DNA from: Eledone cirrhosa
Taxonomy: Eukaryota
Direction: 5' to 3'
DNA: 64,000 nt
NCBI GenBank assembly: GCA_964016885.1
Contig: OZ024742.1
Coordinates: 71,982,001-72,046,000, forward strand
The notes beneath the pieces were generated by a model. It was not told the DNA's origin. It saw only the letters and a list, made by a program, of their open reading frames with translations, and made no database searches. Position numbers and translations under genes: made by a program. Below, one piece after another: positions 39,106 through 51,099 of the stretch; the first letter of the stretch is position 1; each line of letters begins with the position of its first letter.

Positions 39106-39829
39106 CCCAGCCCTTTTAAGTTTGGTTCTACTCGTCAACTACCGTACAGGGTGACAGATACAATTTTGTGGCACTAACAATAGAGAGATTGTTGATCATT
39201 GTCCCAACTGAAGAACCCTGTTTTGTATGGGTTGAGGTCAGGGGCGAGAAGAGAAGGGAGATAAGTATGAAGTTATGGATGTATGGAAAGTATGGTGTGC
39301 TTTGATAGAGTGATGAGTGGGGGGAGGGTGACAAAGTAGCTACTAGGGTTCGATAGTGAGGGTTTCAAAGGGCGTTAGAGAAGGGGAGCAGAGTAGCTAA
39401 GGTGTGATACTGGAGGGGGCTTGAATGAAGGTGAGGATAGCTGCTAGGGAGTGCAATTGTTAAGTGGGGACAGGGGGATAGGTCAGGTCACATACACACT
39501 CATAATACGTCGCTTTCCCTTCCACAGTGTTGGTGCCATGATAATAGTCCCTAGCTCATCCTGTATGGTGGTAGTGTTACTGCCACAACAAAAGCACCCA
39601 GTCTACTCTGCTAGGTTGTCATCCTGGTGTCACAACAAAAAGGCACCCAGTCCACCCTGTAAGGTGGTTAGCATTAGGAAGGGCATACAGCCATTCGAAA
39701 CAAAGCATAGGTCGTATGAGCAAGACGTGGTCACCTGATCGATTTAGTCTAAACTATGCAAGCATGGAAAATAGACATTAAATGGGGATGATGATAATAA
39801 TATGTGTGTATATATATATATATATATAA

Positions 39830-39966
39830 AGGTAGAACACTGGAAGGTAATATCCGTAGTGGTAGAGCACTCAGTCCATGAGACGAGTTTGGTAGAAGTA
39901 GTAACACAACAGTTAGTTTCCCATACCGCGAACAATTGCTTCACCTTATGTGGATCTTCAGCTCGG
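39830..39966 (-). mobile_element. pLTR-like repeat with a decayed family G hammerhead
   Basis: Homologous to 60788-60921; cgag-CTGAAGA-tccacataaggt-GAAG-CAATTG-TT. Confidence 0.65.
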
Positions 39967-40656
39967 ACTGGTAATGGTTATAAGGAACAGGAAAAACAAC
40001 CGTATGAACGCGCATGCGCAGAACGGTCACTTCACCCAAGCGTTACAAAACCACGGGCGAAAGGTGTAAGGGAGATAACTGCGAATGTCCAGAATAAATT
40101 GTTCGAGTTGATTAGAATATTAGAATGATACTGTTATTCAATCCGGAGCTTTCTAGTTATGCAAGAGGTGTTTCCAGACGTGTGGACAACGTGAGATTTC
40201 ATTTCTTGAATTTAGGCAATCGCTATTGCGTAATCTCCTTAGAATATTTATCCTTTCTTCAATACACAGTCCACTGTGTCAGATTTTACAGTTTGGTGCA
40301 CTTTTAGGCTACGGCCAGCCACACGAACCTTTAACATATTTTTTTTTTAGAGTTTCCCACTCCTAGAAAGGTGTTGTGACAACAACTGTGGGCCTCTCAC
40401 TCCCAGGTGAAAAAAAAAGTACTATTTGGATGGCCGTTGACTCTGTTGAGTTCCTCCACCCTTTGCCAGGTCTTGTATTTCATCCCGCAGGGTGTCCAAA
40501 TATTACCCTTGGTGGGGTTGCCAATTTAGTCGCCGACCACCTGACCATGAGACGGGTTGTACTGGATTACATGTTACCAGTAGCACTCGAGAGCGGCCTG
40601 ACATATATACATACGCACGTACATACACAAGGGGGTAGAGGGAGAGGAGAGGAAGA

Positions 40657-40702
<46 letters not shown>

Positions 40703-41559
40703 TGTTTTATAAAGGAGATAATCAACTTACAGAGGAGGGAAAAGAATGAGTAACCAATTTGGTGTGTGATTTCTTCGTAATTTAGTTCTTGATAAAACAC
40801 AGCCAATTCTAAAATGTTATCTCTGCAATATGAACAAAATATATTAAAAAGCAAGTACTAGACATACAAATACATATCTTCACACGCACACACACACACT
40901 ATATTTCGTTCCACCTACTATAGATACCACTACCATTTTTAAATGTGTCACAACGGGGATTTATGCCCAGCGAAAATAAAAAACCAAAAAAAAACCCCGA
41001 AAAATTCTTTATCTTGGCGCGGGGAGAAGAATGAACTCAGAAAATCTTTGCCATTTAAAACTAGCAGTTATACAATTATATAACAACAGTTGTACCACTC
41101 AACCATCCCGAATATTCGAAATTTCTTAACATCTTAAAAAGTTATGAATCTTTATAGTCTTTATAGTCTTTACATTTACGTATTGATTTTTTACATCGTT
41201 GGATAGCGGGTTCGGTTATTCTATCAATTATCTATATATCTAAAACAGAATGTCTGTCTGTCTGACTCCCTAAAACTCGAGAACCACCCAACCGATTGTT
41301 TTCAAACTTTACACATGTAATACTTATGGTCCTGTGAGTGTTTTGAGCAAAAGATATTTCAAATTTTCAATGCCCTAGGGGCCGCATTAGGCGATTTAGC
41401 GATCTCTTTCTCTCTCTCTTAGTCTTTCACTTTTTAGATAGATACATAGATATAATGTTGCGCCCTTATAATATCTGTCTGTATGTCTGGCTGTCTGCAT
41501 TACGGCATTACGACATTATGACTATATATGTATATATTGTGTGTGTATATATATATATA

Positions 41560-41617
<58 letters not shown>

Positions 41618-41742
41618 AATTTATATTTAGTAACATATATATACATACAAATGCATATCGATGCCAGCAAATATATAGGTTTTGTCTTAATAACATTGTG
41701 GTTCAATGCATGGGGTTGCAGAACAATAATATAAGAGACGTA

Positions 41743-41841
<99 letters not shown>

Positions 41842-41842
41842 T

Positions 41843-41920
41843 AACAGATTAAAGTTTAAGCAAAGAATTGGTGCTTTCACCCTTAACGGGATCTTCTGAA
41901 ACTAAAAAAATCAATCTGTG
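41843..41920 (-). ncRNA. Hammerhead-like motif, family B
   Basis: CAGAAGA core with the same stems as 13178. Confidence 0.6.
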
Positions 41921-42319
41921 AACGCAAAAGTAAATATTTCGAAAAATGTTACACACACTATATATATATATACATATATACACACACTATATATACATAT
42001 ATACACACACACAGCGTCATAATGTCGTAATGCAGACACCCAGACATACAGACAGATATTATAAGGGCGCAACATTATATCTATGTATCTATCTAAAAAG
42101 AGAAAGACTATGAGAGAGAGAAATATTCTTTGCTCAAAACACTCACACGACCATAAGTATTAGATGTGTAAAGTTTGAAAACAATCGGTTGGGTGGTTCT
42201 CGAGTTTTAGGGAGTCAGACAGACAGAGAGACAGACAGACAGACATTCTCTGTTTTAGATATATAGACTAGCAGAAAACCATCTAGGGCAGAAATCCTAC
42301 TACTAGGGCAGAAATCCTA

Positions 42320-42630
42320 CTTCCTCTCAATGGTTATACGCCCCATAATCAAGATTCCCCAGATGTATGTGACAGTACAGAGGACCTCCTCAGCAGAATC
42401 AGTGAGTGCAACAAAAACAGGAACCTATCCAACTGCATAATAGGCAGTATGGATGTGGTGTCACTGTACCCATCCATTAACATTGATTTTGCTATGAAAA
42501 GATGTGTGGAGTTGATGATTGAGAGTGAGGTGGAGTTCTGCGACGTCGACACAGACGAACTGGGCCTCCTACTTAGACTTACCTACGACACTGACTACCT
42601 AGACAGCCATGACCTTAGACGTTTCTGCAC
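42320..42630 (+). mobile_element. PLE reverse-transcriptase fragment
   Basis: SPDVCDSTEDLLSRI...IGSMDVVSLYPSI; close relative of the ORF at 62.2-64 kb. Confidence 0.85.
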
Positions 42631-42754
42631 TTGGCGTGGTCGAGTTGAAAATTTTTTTGACCGATGTCTCCGTCGGACCTTCATCTATAAGTGTAGCAAT
42701 TTCACCGAAATTTGGGCGTACGGTTTAAGAGGAGATGTGTGCCGACCGTTTTAG

Positions 42755-42825
<71 letters not shown>

Positions 42826-43384
42826 CCTCAGTTTTATATATAGAGACTAGCAGAAAACCACCCGGTGGGCGGTTTTCTGCTAGCAAACCTAGTGTATATA
42901 CTGATATTGTTGAGATTTGGATGAGAAATGTTTTCGGCACCACATGTTCACCGTCTCTCGGTGTGTCTTTTATGCATGTATAAATATATATGTTATCTAT
43001 ACGGTGAAATCTTTGAAATAAATATATGTTAAAACGAAAAAGGAGAAAATAAATAACTGGCGGTTAGAAAAAAATATTCCTATGAAATTTTAATCATACC
43101 ATTAGGTGTGAATAAGGAAATATTTTTTTATTGTCAAAACAAATGTTCAAAAGTTAAACTTCAATTTTTTGAATTATTTCTAATTTTTTCATGAAATTGA
43201 ACACTGGACATTGGCTGCTGGAAATGGAAATTAAATCGTATTTAATTGTATTTAAATTTCTAACCTTATTTTATTATTTATATTTTTTCAATAAGAAATA
43301 AAAAACAACAACAAAAATTGAAGAAAAAAATTGAACAAATCAAATATAGGTTATGGAACTGCGCAATCTGATTAATAAATTACC

Positions 43385-43570
43385 TCATCAGCATCAACCT
43401 TCTTCAAGTGGTCCTTATCAGCAGCAACAATCACAAATTCAATGGCAACCTTCTTCAAACCACAAATTCAATGGCAACCTTCTTCAAATGGTCCTTATTA
43501 TCAGCAGCAACAACCACAAATTCAATGGCAACCTTCTTCAAACCACAAATTCAATGGCAACCTTCTTCGC
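43385..43570. repeat. Nested tandem repeat (~29-bp and ~90-bp periods)
   Basis: cacaaattcaatggcaaccttcttc x4 with ggtcctta..tcagcagcaacaa spacers. Confidence 0.85.
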
Positions 43571-44094
43571 ATGGTGTCAAGTCAGAACCACCTCGAACTG
43601 GTTACTTCTGGCTTGTGCAAGGTGTCTCTATAGCAACCAGCGATTCCCTCGTCCTCAGTGACCAAAGTCAGTGGAGAGGGGAAGGTAATGTTTCTATAGC
43701 ACGTGTTTCAGCGTCTATTCACTCTCTCTCTCTCTCCCTCTCTCCCTCCCGCTATCCCCCTCTCGTAGTCTGTCTCTTTCTTTCACTCTCACTCTCTCTC
43801 TACGCACGTGTTTCCACTGTCGGACAGACAGACAGAGAAATTGTTGGTTATATATATAAGTAGATAATTGATAGAATAACCGAACCCGTTATCCAACGAT
43901 GTAAAAAATCAATTCGTAAATGTAAAGTAGGTAAGACTATAAAGATTCAAAACTTTTTAAGATGTTAAGCACTTTCGAATATTCGGGATGGTTGAGTGGT
44001 ACAACTGTTGTTATATAATTGTATAACTGCTAGTTTTAAATGGCAAAGATTTTCTGAGTTGATTCTTCTCCCCGCGCCAATAAAAAGAATATAT

Positions 44095-44254
44095 ATATAT
44101 ATAAAATTATATATTCGTGTACAGATATTTTTGCATACACAATAACAAAATATAAACACGCGTATTTATTTCACGAGGCTCGATAAGGATAAATATATAT
44201 CAAATATATAATAACCCTAGAGCAAATCTCGAGCAACGCCCGGCCATTCTGCTA
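44095..44254 (+). mobile_element. Helitron 3' end
   Basis: gagcaacgcccggccattctgCTAG followed by T; near-identical inverted copy at 56872-57030. Confidence 0.75.
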
Positions 44255-44348
44255 GTTAAAGACTAAACTTTACTTTTGTTTATTTCATTATTTTCATTTT
44301 TATCTGGAAAAATAGCTAACTCTCTCTCCCTCTCTCCCCCACTTTCTC

Positions 44349-44467
<119 letters not shown>

Positions 44468-44534
44468 GCGGTGCCCCAGCATGGCCTCAGCCGGATGGCT
44501 GGAACAGGTAAAAGAGTAAAAGAGTAAAAGAATA

Positions 44535-45140
44535 TATATATATATGATGGTTGCAAACTCTGCTAAGAGTATTGCAATTGCTTGTCAGATTCAGATGTGT
44601 GACGCTCGGATATGGCTTTTCAAGCCTGCTAGAGACTTACACTCCTTCGCACACTGACGACAACTATGGATATCCCTGGCCTGAGGTCTTGCATCAGGTT
44701 TCCTGTGAACCTTCCCAATACTGTGGAGATCATAGTTCACTGGTTCTCTTTGAATATGGCTGCGACTATGGCTCTTGAGACCAGATCTGCTCAAGCAAAT
44801 ATTTTTCCACACCCAGGGCACTTCAATTCAATGGAGACACCGATCGTTTCACAAAGGAAAGGGAGCCAAATATGACTGTGGCAACTACAGCGGTATTTCA
44901 CTGCTATCTGTGGCTGGGAAGATCTTGTGCAGGATTTTGTTGGACAGATTGATACAGCACATTGCTGTTGAGGTACTTCCCAAGTACCAATGTGGCTTTA
45001 GGAATGACAGAGGCACTGTTGACATGATCTTCTCGGCCAAACAACTTCAAGAGAAATGCATTGAGCAGCGCATGGACTTATACCAAGTTTTTGTTGATCT
45101 GACCAAGGCATTTGACACTGTTAATCGGAAGGCTTTGTAG
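44535..45140. mobile_element. Rearranged RTE-type LINE: minus-strand C-terminal zinc fingers joined to a plus-strand RT segment
   Basis: Minus: CxxCGK.CLSRSGLKSHSRSH and CRQCAKECKSLAGLKSHIRASH; plus: GISLLSVAGK, QCGFR, DLTKAFDTV. Confidence 0.8.
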
Positions 45141-45316
45141 GTTATATATATATATATATATTTCCAGGGGGTGTAACTTGGAGTTACTGCAGGTTCACCC
45201 GGGAGAGCACTCGATGTTTAGGTTCACTTCTGTGATGAGGTGTAGAGCTATACAGAGTGTAATATATTGAAAGAATAACAAGGACGATTGGTTACTCCTT
45301 CATTACATTTATTGGT

Positions 45317-45403
45317 AGGTGACGCGCGTTTCGCCACTGATCAGCTCAAGGTTCGATCTGTATCGATCCTACCCGACTCAATGATCGGCAGCTCGACGGA
45401 CCC
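45317..45403 (-). ncRNA. Variant hammerhead, family H
   Basis: Exact reverse complement of 49314-49400. Confidence 0.6.
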
Positions 45404-47991
45404 TTTAAAATGCTATAAGAAAATGAAATACATGCTATGTGGTAAAGACAGAAGTTCAAGAGTTTGACAATATGAGTTGTACATTGAGAAGATTTCTTAC
45501 ATCGACCCAAATAGAACCGTAACGCCGCTAAACATAACCGGACCCTTAGAAACGAACATAGAAGAAGTCACCACACCTAGGACAAATAATAATATAAGAC
45601 CCTCTGTAGCCGGCAGGGCAGCCAACGTCACACACAACTGTCAAGGAGATAAAGCCATACTCTCCAACCAAATAAGGACTCCGACTATCGCACACGTTTG
45701 CGTAGCAATAGAGACAAAATACATAACGCCAATAGATTACTTGGAACCCCTATGACACATACGCCTGACCAAAACGCACTCAAACTACCACCCAACCACA
45801 AAAACCTCACTAAACACCGCAGAACCTGAAGTAGACCTGTCACATGGTACAACGCCCCATATTCTATACACGTCGCCACCAATATACCGGAACCTTCTTC
45901 AGGGCTCTCGAACAATCTTTTCCACGCACACATAAATACTACAAGCTCTTCAATAGACACACTGTAAAATTCTCTTTCTCCACAGCACCAAATCTAGGCC
46001 ACACAATAGCACACACTAATAGGACAAAAATACGAAAACACATGGTTGCCCCACAACAAACCACCACCACAACCCAGAACGAAACCACACACACAACACA
46101 ACAACCCACATACCAGATCCACACTGCATGCCACCAACCGCCAACGTGCCACCACACCGGTCACACCCAACTGCAACTGCAAAAAACGGGCCGAATGCCC
46201 ACTAAACGGGGAGTGCCTCGTTAAAAACATTGTTTACGGGTGTGATGTCACAGCCGGTAATAAAGAGTACTCATATATAGGTGCGACATCCACTACGTTT
46301 AAGGAGCGCTGATATAACCATAGAAGCTCCTTTAAACATAGGCTGAAACGATCCCAAACCAGACTGGCCGGTTTGATCTGGGACCTCAAGGACAGGAACA
46401 TCGAACCCCAGATCTCGTGGTCAGTGAAAAGACGCGTGGCACAACTCCCCAGTGACAGAAACCACTGCAAATTATGCTTGGCTGAGGCGGCAGAATTAAT
46501 TAAATTAAAATCTGCCATAAACTATAGGTCGGACATAATTGTCAATTGCAGACACACCAGGTTGAACACATTTTCCGCACAAACATTCGGCGGAGGGCCG
46601 CACACTAACCATGACCCAGCATAATAATAACCACCTCTGCCCCGTCTCACCATCGCCCATCTCAGTGAATTTATTTTATTGTATTGCATGTAACCATTTG
46701 TAAGCCCGTATTTTGTATATCATGCCGCATACATCACCCCCACCACAAATCACATCGCCATACACCCCTCATCCTTGCAACATTGGGTTCTATTTCTCCT
46801 CTCTGTCAGGTTTTACCTTGCAAACCATAGTAACAACTGATCCTGTAAATATAATGCCGATCATATCACACCATCGCCACCACCACCACAGCACACATCG
46901 TCATATGTCTACCATCCACACCCGCAACCTTATTCCCCCATGTTCCCTCTGTCTACCCTAACCTACAACCCCACGCTAAATTCGACCCTGTAAATGTACT
47001 GCCGCACACACCACCACCGCCACCACTAGATACATCCACATACTTCAACAATCATTAACATCATTAACATCATCAACACATATCATCCCTCACTCCCAGA
47101 TCGACTGTGTTATATCCGCCCTCCATCTGCCTTACCCTGTAACCCACCGTAACATCTGATCATGTAATCATTTTGTTGAACATATCACCCCAGCACCACC
47201 ACCACCACCATGACCACAACACACATCGCTATACGTCCATAAACCTTTTTCCCCCGCGTTCCCTATGTCATCTTTTAACCTGTAACCCATCGTATTATTC
47301 GATCCTGTATATTTTTGTCCCTCACAACTCCACCACCACCACCACAAGGCACAACTCCATACCTCAACATCCATTAACTTCATCAACACCGCCAACACAT
47401 ACCTTCCCTCTCGAAGCAACGCAAGTGTGTGTGTCTGTGTGTAAGTATTTTTTTATATATATGTGCGTATACATATATGTATAGCGGCGATGAATTAGTT
47501 TTGCGAGGTTTTTTATATGAAATCGTGTGTCGAAACAAATATTGTTATACTTGGGGAGGGTCATATTTGTGTAATATTGCCAGAATTAATAACAGAACAC
47601 ACTCACTGTTTGGTTGGTTTTCGCTTCTCGCTTCTGTGTATTTTATATCGGTAATCTAACTTACTCGGTCCTCAATGTTGCCATTGACTGACCGACGGTC
47701 AAAAATAATACAGATACAATATAGACACAAACACATATATATAGTTTATCATAAATCTTTCGTTGCACATCTGCAACATCGTCAGTGGTACTATCTTTTC
47801 CTCCTGTTGTATTGTATGTCTACGCCATTTTTATTCAGTCTGTCTATATATTTATTTATTTATTTGGTTGTTTGTTTATTTTGTTTTGTCTTCTTTGCGC
47901 ATGCGTTTGCGTGTGTGTATAGTGTTTTGTTTGCTGTGTGATGGGTGACTAGTGTGTGTTTATGTGCTTCTGGTTATTGTGCTTGTGTATG

Positions 47992-48022
<31 letters not shown>

Positions 48023-48408
48023 TTTTATTTACTTATTTATACTTCTCTTAGGTCAGTGTTGTTTGTTTGGGTGTTGTTGTTATTCCATTCATTCTTTCTG
48101 TTTCGTCTTGGTCTTCTAATTTCTATTTCACTGGCCTCTCTGATTTGCCTATCTGCTGGGTCATTTCTATGTTTAGATATTATTCTAACGAAAGATTTAT
48201 GATAAACTATATATATGTGTTTGTGTCTATATTGTATCTGTATTATTTTTGACCGCCGATCAGTCAATGGCAACAGTGAGGACCGAGTATATTAGATTAC
48301 CGATATAAAAGACACAGAAGCGAGAAGCGAAAACCAACCAAACAGTGAGTGTGTTCTGTTATTAATTCTGGCAATATTACACAAATATGACCCTCCCCAA
48401 GTATAACC

Positions 48409-48512
<104 letters not shown>

Positions 48513-49313
48513 ATGCGTGTGTATATATGTATGTATGTGTGTGTATGTGTATGTTTATGTATACGTGTGTGCACGTGTATGTGTGCATATCCGTATGTGT
48601 GTATGTGTGTATGTATGTGTAAGTCTATGTACAACACCATATCCATTGGCTCTCACCTCCCCTCTATCTTTGTTTTACGCCCCCCCCCCCACCGACACTC
48701 CCCCCCCCCACTCTCTCTATATATATCCACACGCGCGCATGCACATGCATGTGTGTATATATGCATATAGATATAGGTATGTGTGGATCTATGTGGGCGC
48801 GTGTGGTTGTGTGTGTACGTATGTATATATATCAGTATATATGCGCATGTGTATATATATATATACAACGTATTTGTCAGACTAAGAGTGTCTAGGTATG
48901 TATCTCCCCATGGACTCGACACCACCAACACATCCACCACACCACCATAAACGCCACTACCATAAACAACAACACCACAACCACACCCCACACACGCCAA
49001 CCCGTCTACCGACAACCCACTACCCCTACACCACAGCTCATCCCAGTCAGCGACCGTCACCACCATCTTACCATCACATCCACCCCCACATACACTACAG
49101 GCCAAAGCCAATCCGCCTCCACCACATCACAGCCCATCGCAGCCAGCGACCGTCACCAACATCTCATCATCACATCCACCCCCACATACACTACAGGCCA
49201 GTACATCCCTTTGATCCTTCCCACCAATCAAAACAACTCATATTGTCAAACTCTTGAACTTCTGTCTTTACCACATACATAGCATGTATTTCATTTTCTT
49301 ATAGCATTTTAAA

Positions 49314-49400
49314 GGGTCCGTCGAGCTGCCGATCATTGAGTCGGGTAGGATCGATACAGATCGAACCTTGAGCTGATCAGTGGCGAAACGCGCGTCACCT
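49314..49400 (+). ncRNA. Variant hammerhead, family H (core CCGTCGA, ~60-nt stem II)
   Basis: gggt-CCGTCGA-gctgccgatca...tgatcagtggc-GAAAC-GCGC-GTC-acct. Confidence 0.6.
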
Positions 49401-49447
49401 ACCAATAAATGTAATGAAGGAGTAACCAATCGTCCTTGTTATCCTTT

Positions 49448-49499
<52 letters not shown>

Positions 49500-49568
49500 A
49501 AAAAAAGATGAAATCGAAAATGCAACTGGAGTCTTATTTAAAAAATATATATATATATTTATTTGGTT

Positions 49569-49606
49569 CCTTTACCGGTTTCGCAGTTCTTCTGCTTTTC
49601 AAAAGT
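49569..49606 (-). ncRNA. Hammerhead, family D (U3-A8 core variant)
   Basis: ctt-TTGAAAA-gcag/aagaa/ctgc-GAAA-CCGG-TA-aag; lies inside fold-back 49495-49735. Confidence 0.55.
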
Positions 49607-49788
49607 AGAGTTGAGATGGAGGGTCTGTGGTTTTTCTCACATCTGTGAGAAAAACCACAGACCCTCCAGAAGAACTGCGAGACCGGTAAAGGAAGACTCC
49701 AGTTGCATTTTCGATTTCATATTTTTTTCTTTATACTTTCACTCGTGTAGGACACCGGTTATTTTTCATTTTGTAAAAAAAACCTCAC

Positions 49789-49862
<74 letters not shown>

Positions 49863-50125
49863 GGAAAAAATGAAACGAAATTTCATTTCCCACTCTTAGT
49901 ACGGCTGTTACTTAAATATAAGTATGTATACGTACATACATATATGTATACAGACGTACAGTAGTATGTATATATATATACATACATGCACACATATATA
50001 TATATGTACATATGGATTCACCGAACATTCATTATAATGCTCGGTGTGTTTGTAAACAAACATCCCGTATTAAGCCGTAGTGTCTAGCAACCACCGTTGC
50101 TCGTTTGTTCAACACTGACAAAGGA

Positions 50126-50168
50126 ACGCTGTACAAGTTTCAAGCTTATTAGCTATCGTCAGCAACGT
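50126..50168 (-). ncRNA. Canonical minimal hammerhead ribozyme, family I
   Basis: acgttg-CTGACGA-t-agct/aata/agct-t-GAAA-C-TT-GTA-cagcgt; sits within tandem/inverted repeats at 49857-50650. Confidence 0.8.
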
Positions 50169-50646
50169 ATACCTTCCTGCCAGATGGTTGAACGTCTAAA
50201 AGTATATACTTTCCTTATGCATATTAACGGTTGAGCAGCCCAATTTGCATATCGAGTGGGTTAATCGGCCGGGTGCACCGAAAACGATAAACGGAAAAAA
50301 TGAAACGAAATTTCATTTCCCACTTTTAGTACGGCTGTTACTTAAATATAGGTATGTATACGTACATACATATATGTATACAGACGTACAGTAGTATGTA
50401 TATATATATATATATATATACATACATGCACACATATATATATGTACGTATGGATTCACCGAACATTCATTATAATGCAACGGTGGTTGCTAGACACTAC
50501 GGTTTAATACGGGATGTTTGTTTACAAACACACCAAGCATTATAATGTTCGGTGAATCCATACGTACATATATATATATGTGTGCATGTATGTATATATA
50601 CATACTACTGTACGTCTGTATACATATATGTATGTACGTATACATA

Positions 50647-50704
<58 letters not shown>

Positions 50705-50742
50705 GAGAGAGGAAGACAGAGGGAGATAGATAGATAGAGTGA

Positions 50743-50804
<62 letters not shown>

Positions 50805-51099
50805 AAGACGGATTGAAATGCCTGCACAGATATTCATAGAAACGCTCATGAGTGTAGCCGAATATACATATACATCATCTCCTTCCCCCCGCCCCGCTGT
50901 ATTTTAGCCTTGCTTTGCAACTGGAAGACAGTTTCCTTGAAAACCCGAAATTTCAGATAATTTTTAGTAACTAGAATAAAATCAAAATATATACCTATCT
51001 TTATCACCAGTATACCTAATATAGCGAACATTTAAAACATAGATAATCGAAATACAATGGTTAAGGCAGAAACGAGGCTCTTTTATTGGAATCTTTTAT

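Larger units (their letters stand above)
41005..44090. repeat. Nested fold-back region of Helitron ends and inverted repeats
   Basis: 41005-41235 is inverted at 43860-44090 and 41231-41570 is inverted at 41950-42266; Helitron-like TC starts and CTAG ends at 42268, 42848-42884 and 43864. Confidence 0.75.

Noticed and set aside
46310-46312. In-frame TGA in the PLE GIY-YIG as selenocysteine
   Set aside because: It falls at an aromatic-residue position (KER*YNH), not a Cys, and the copy has other frameshifts and stops.
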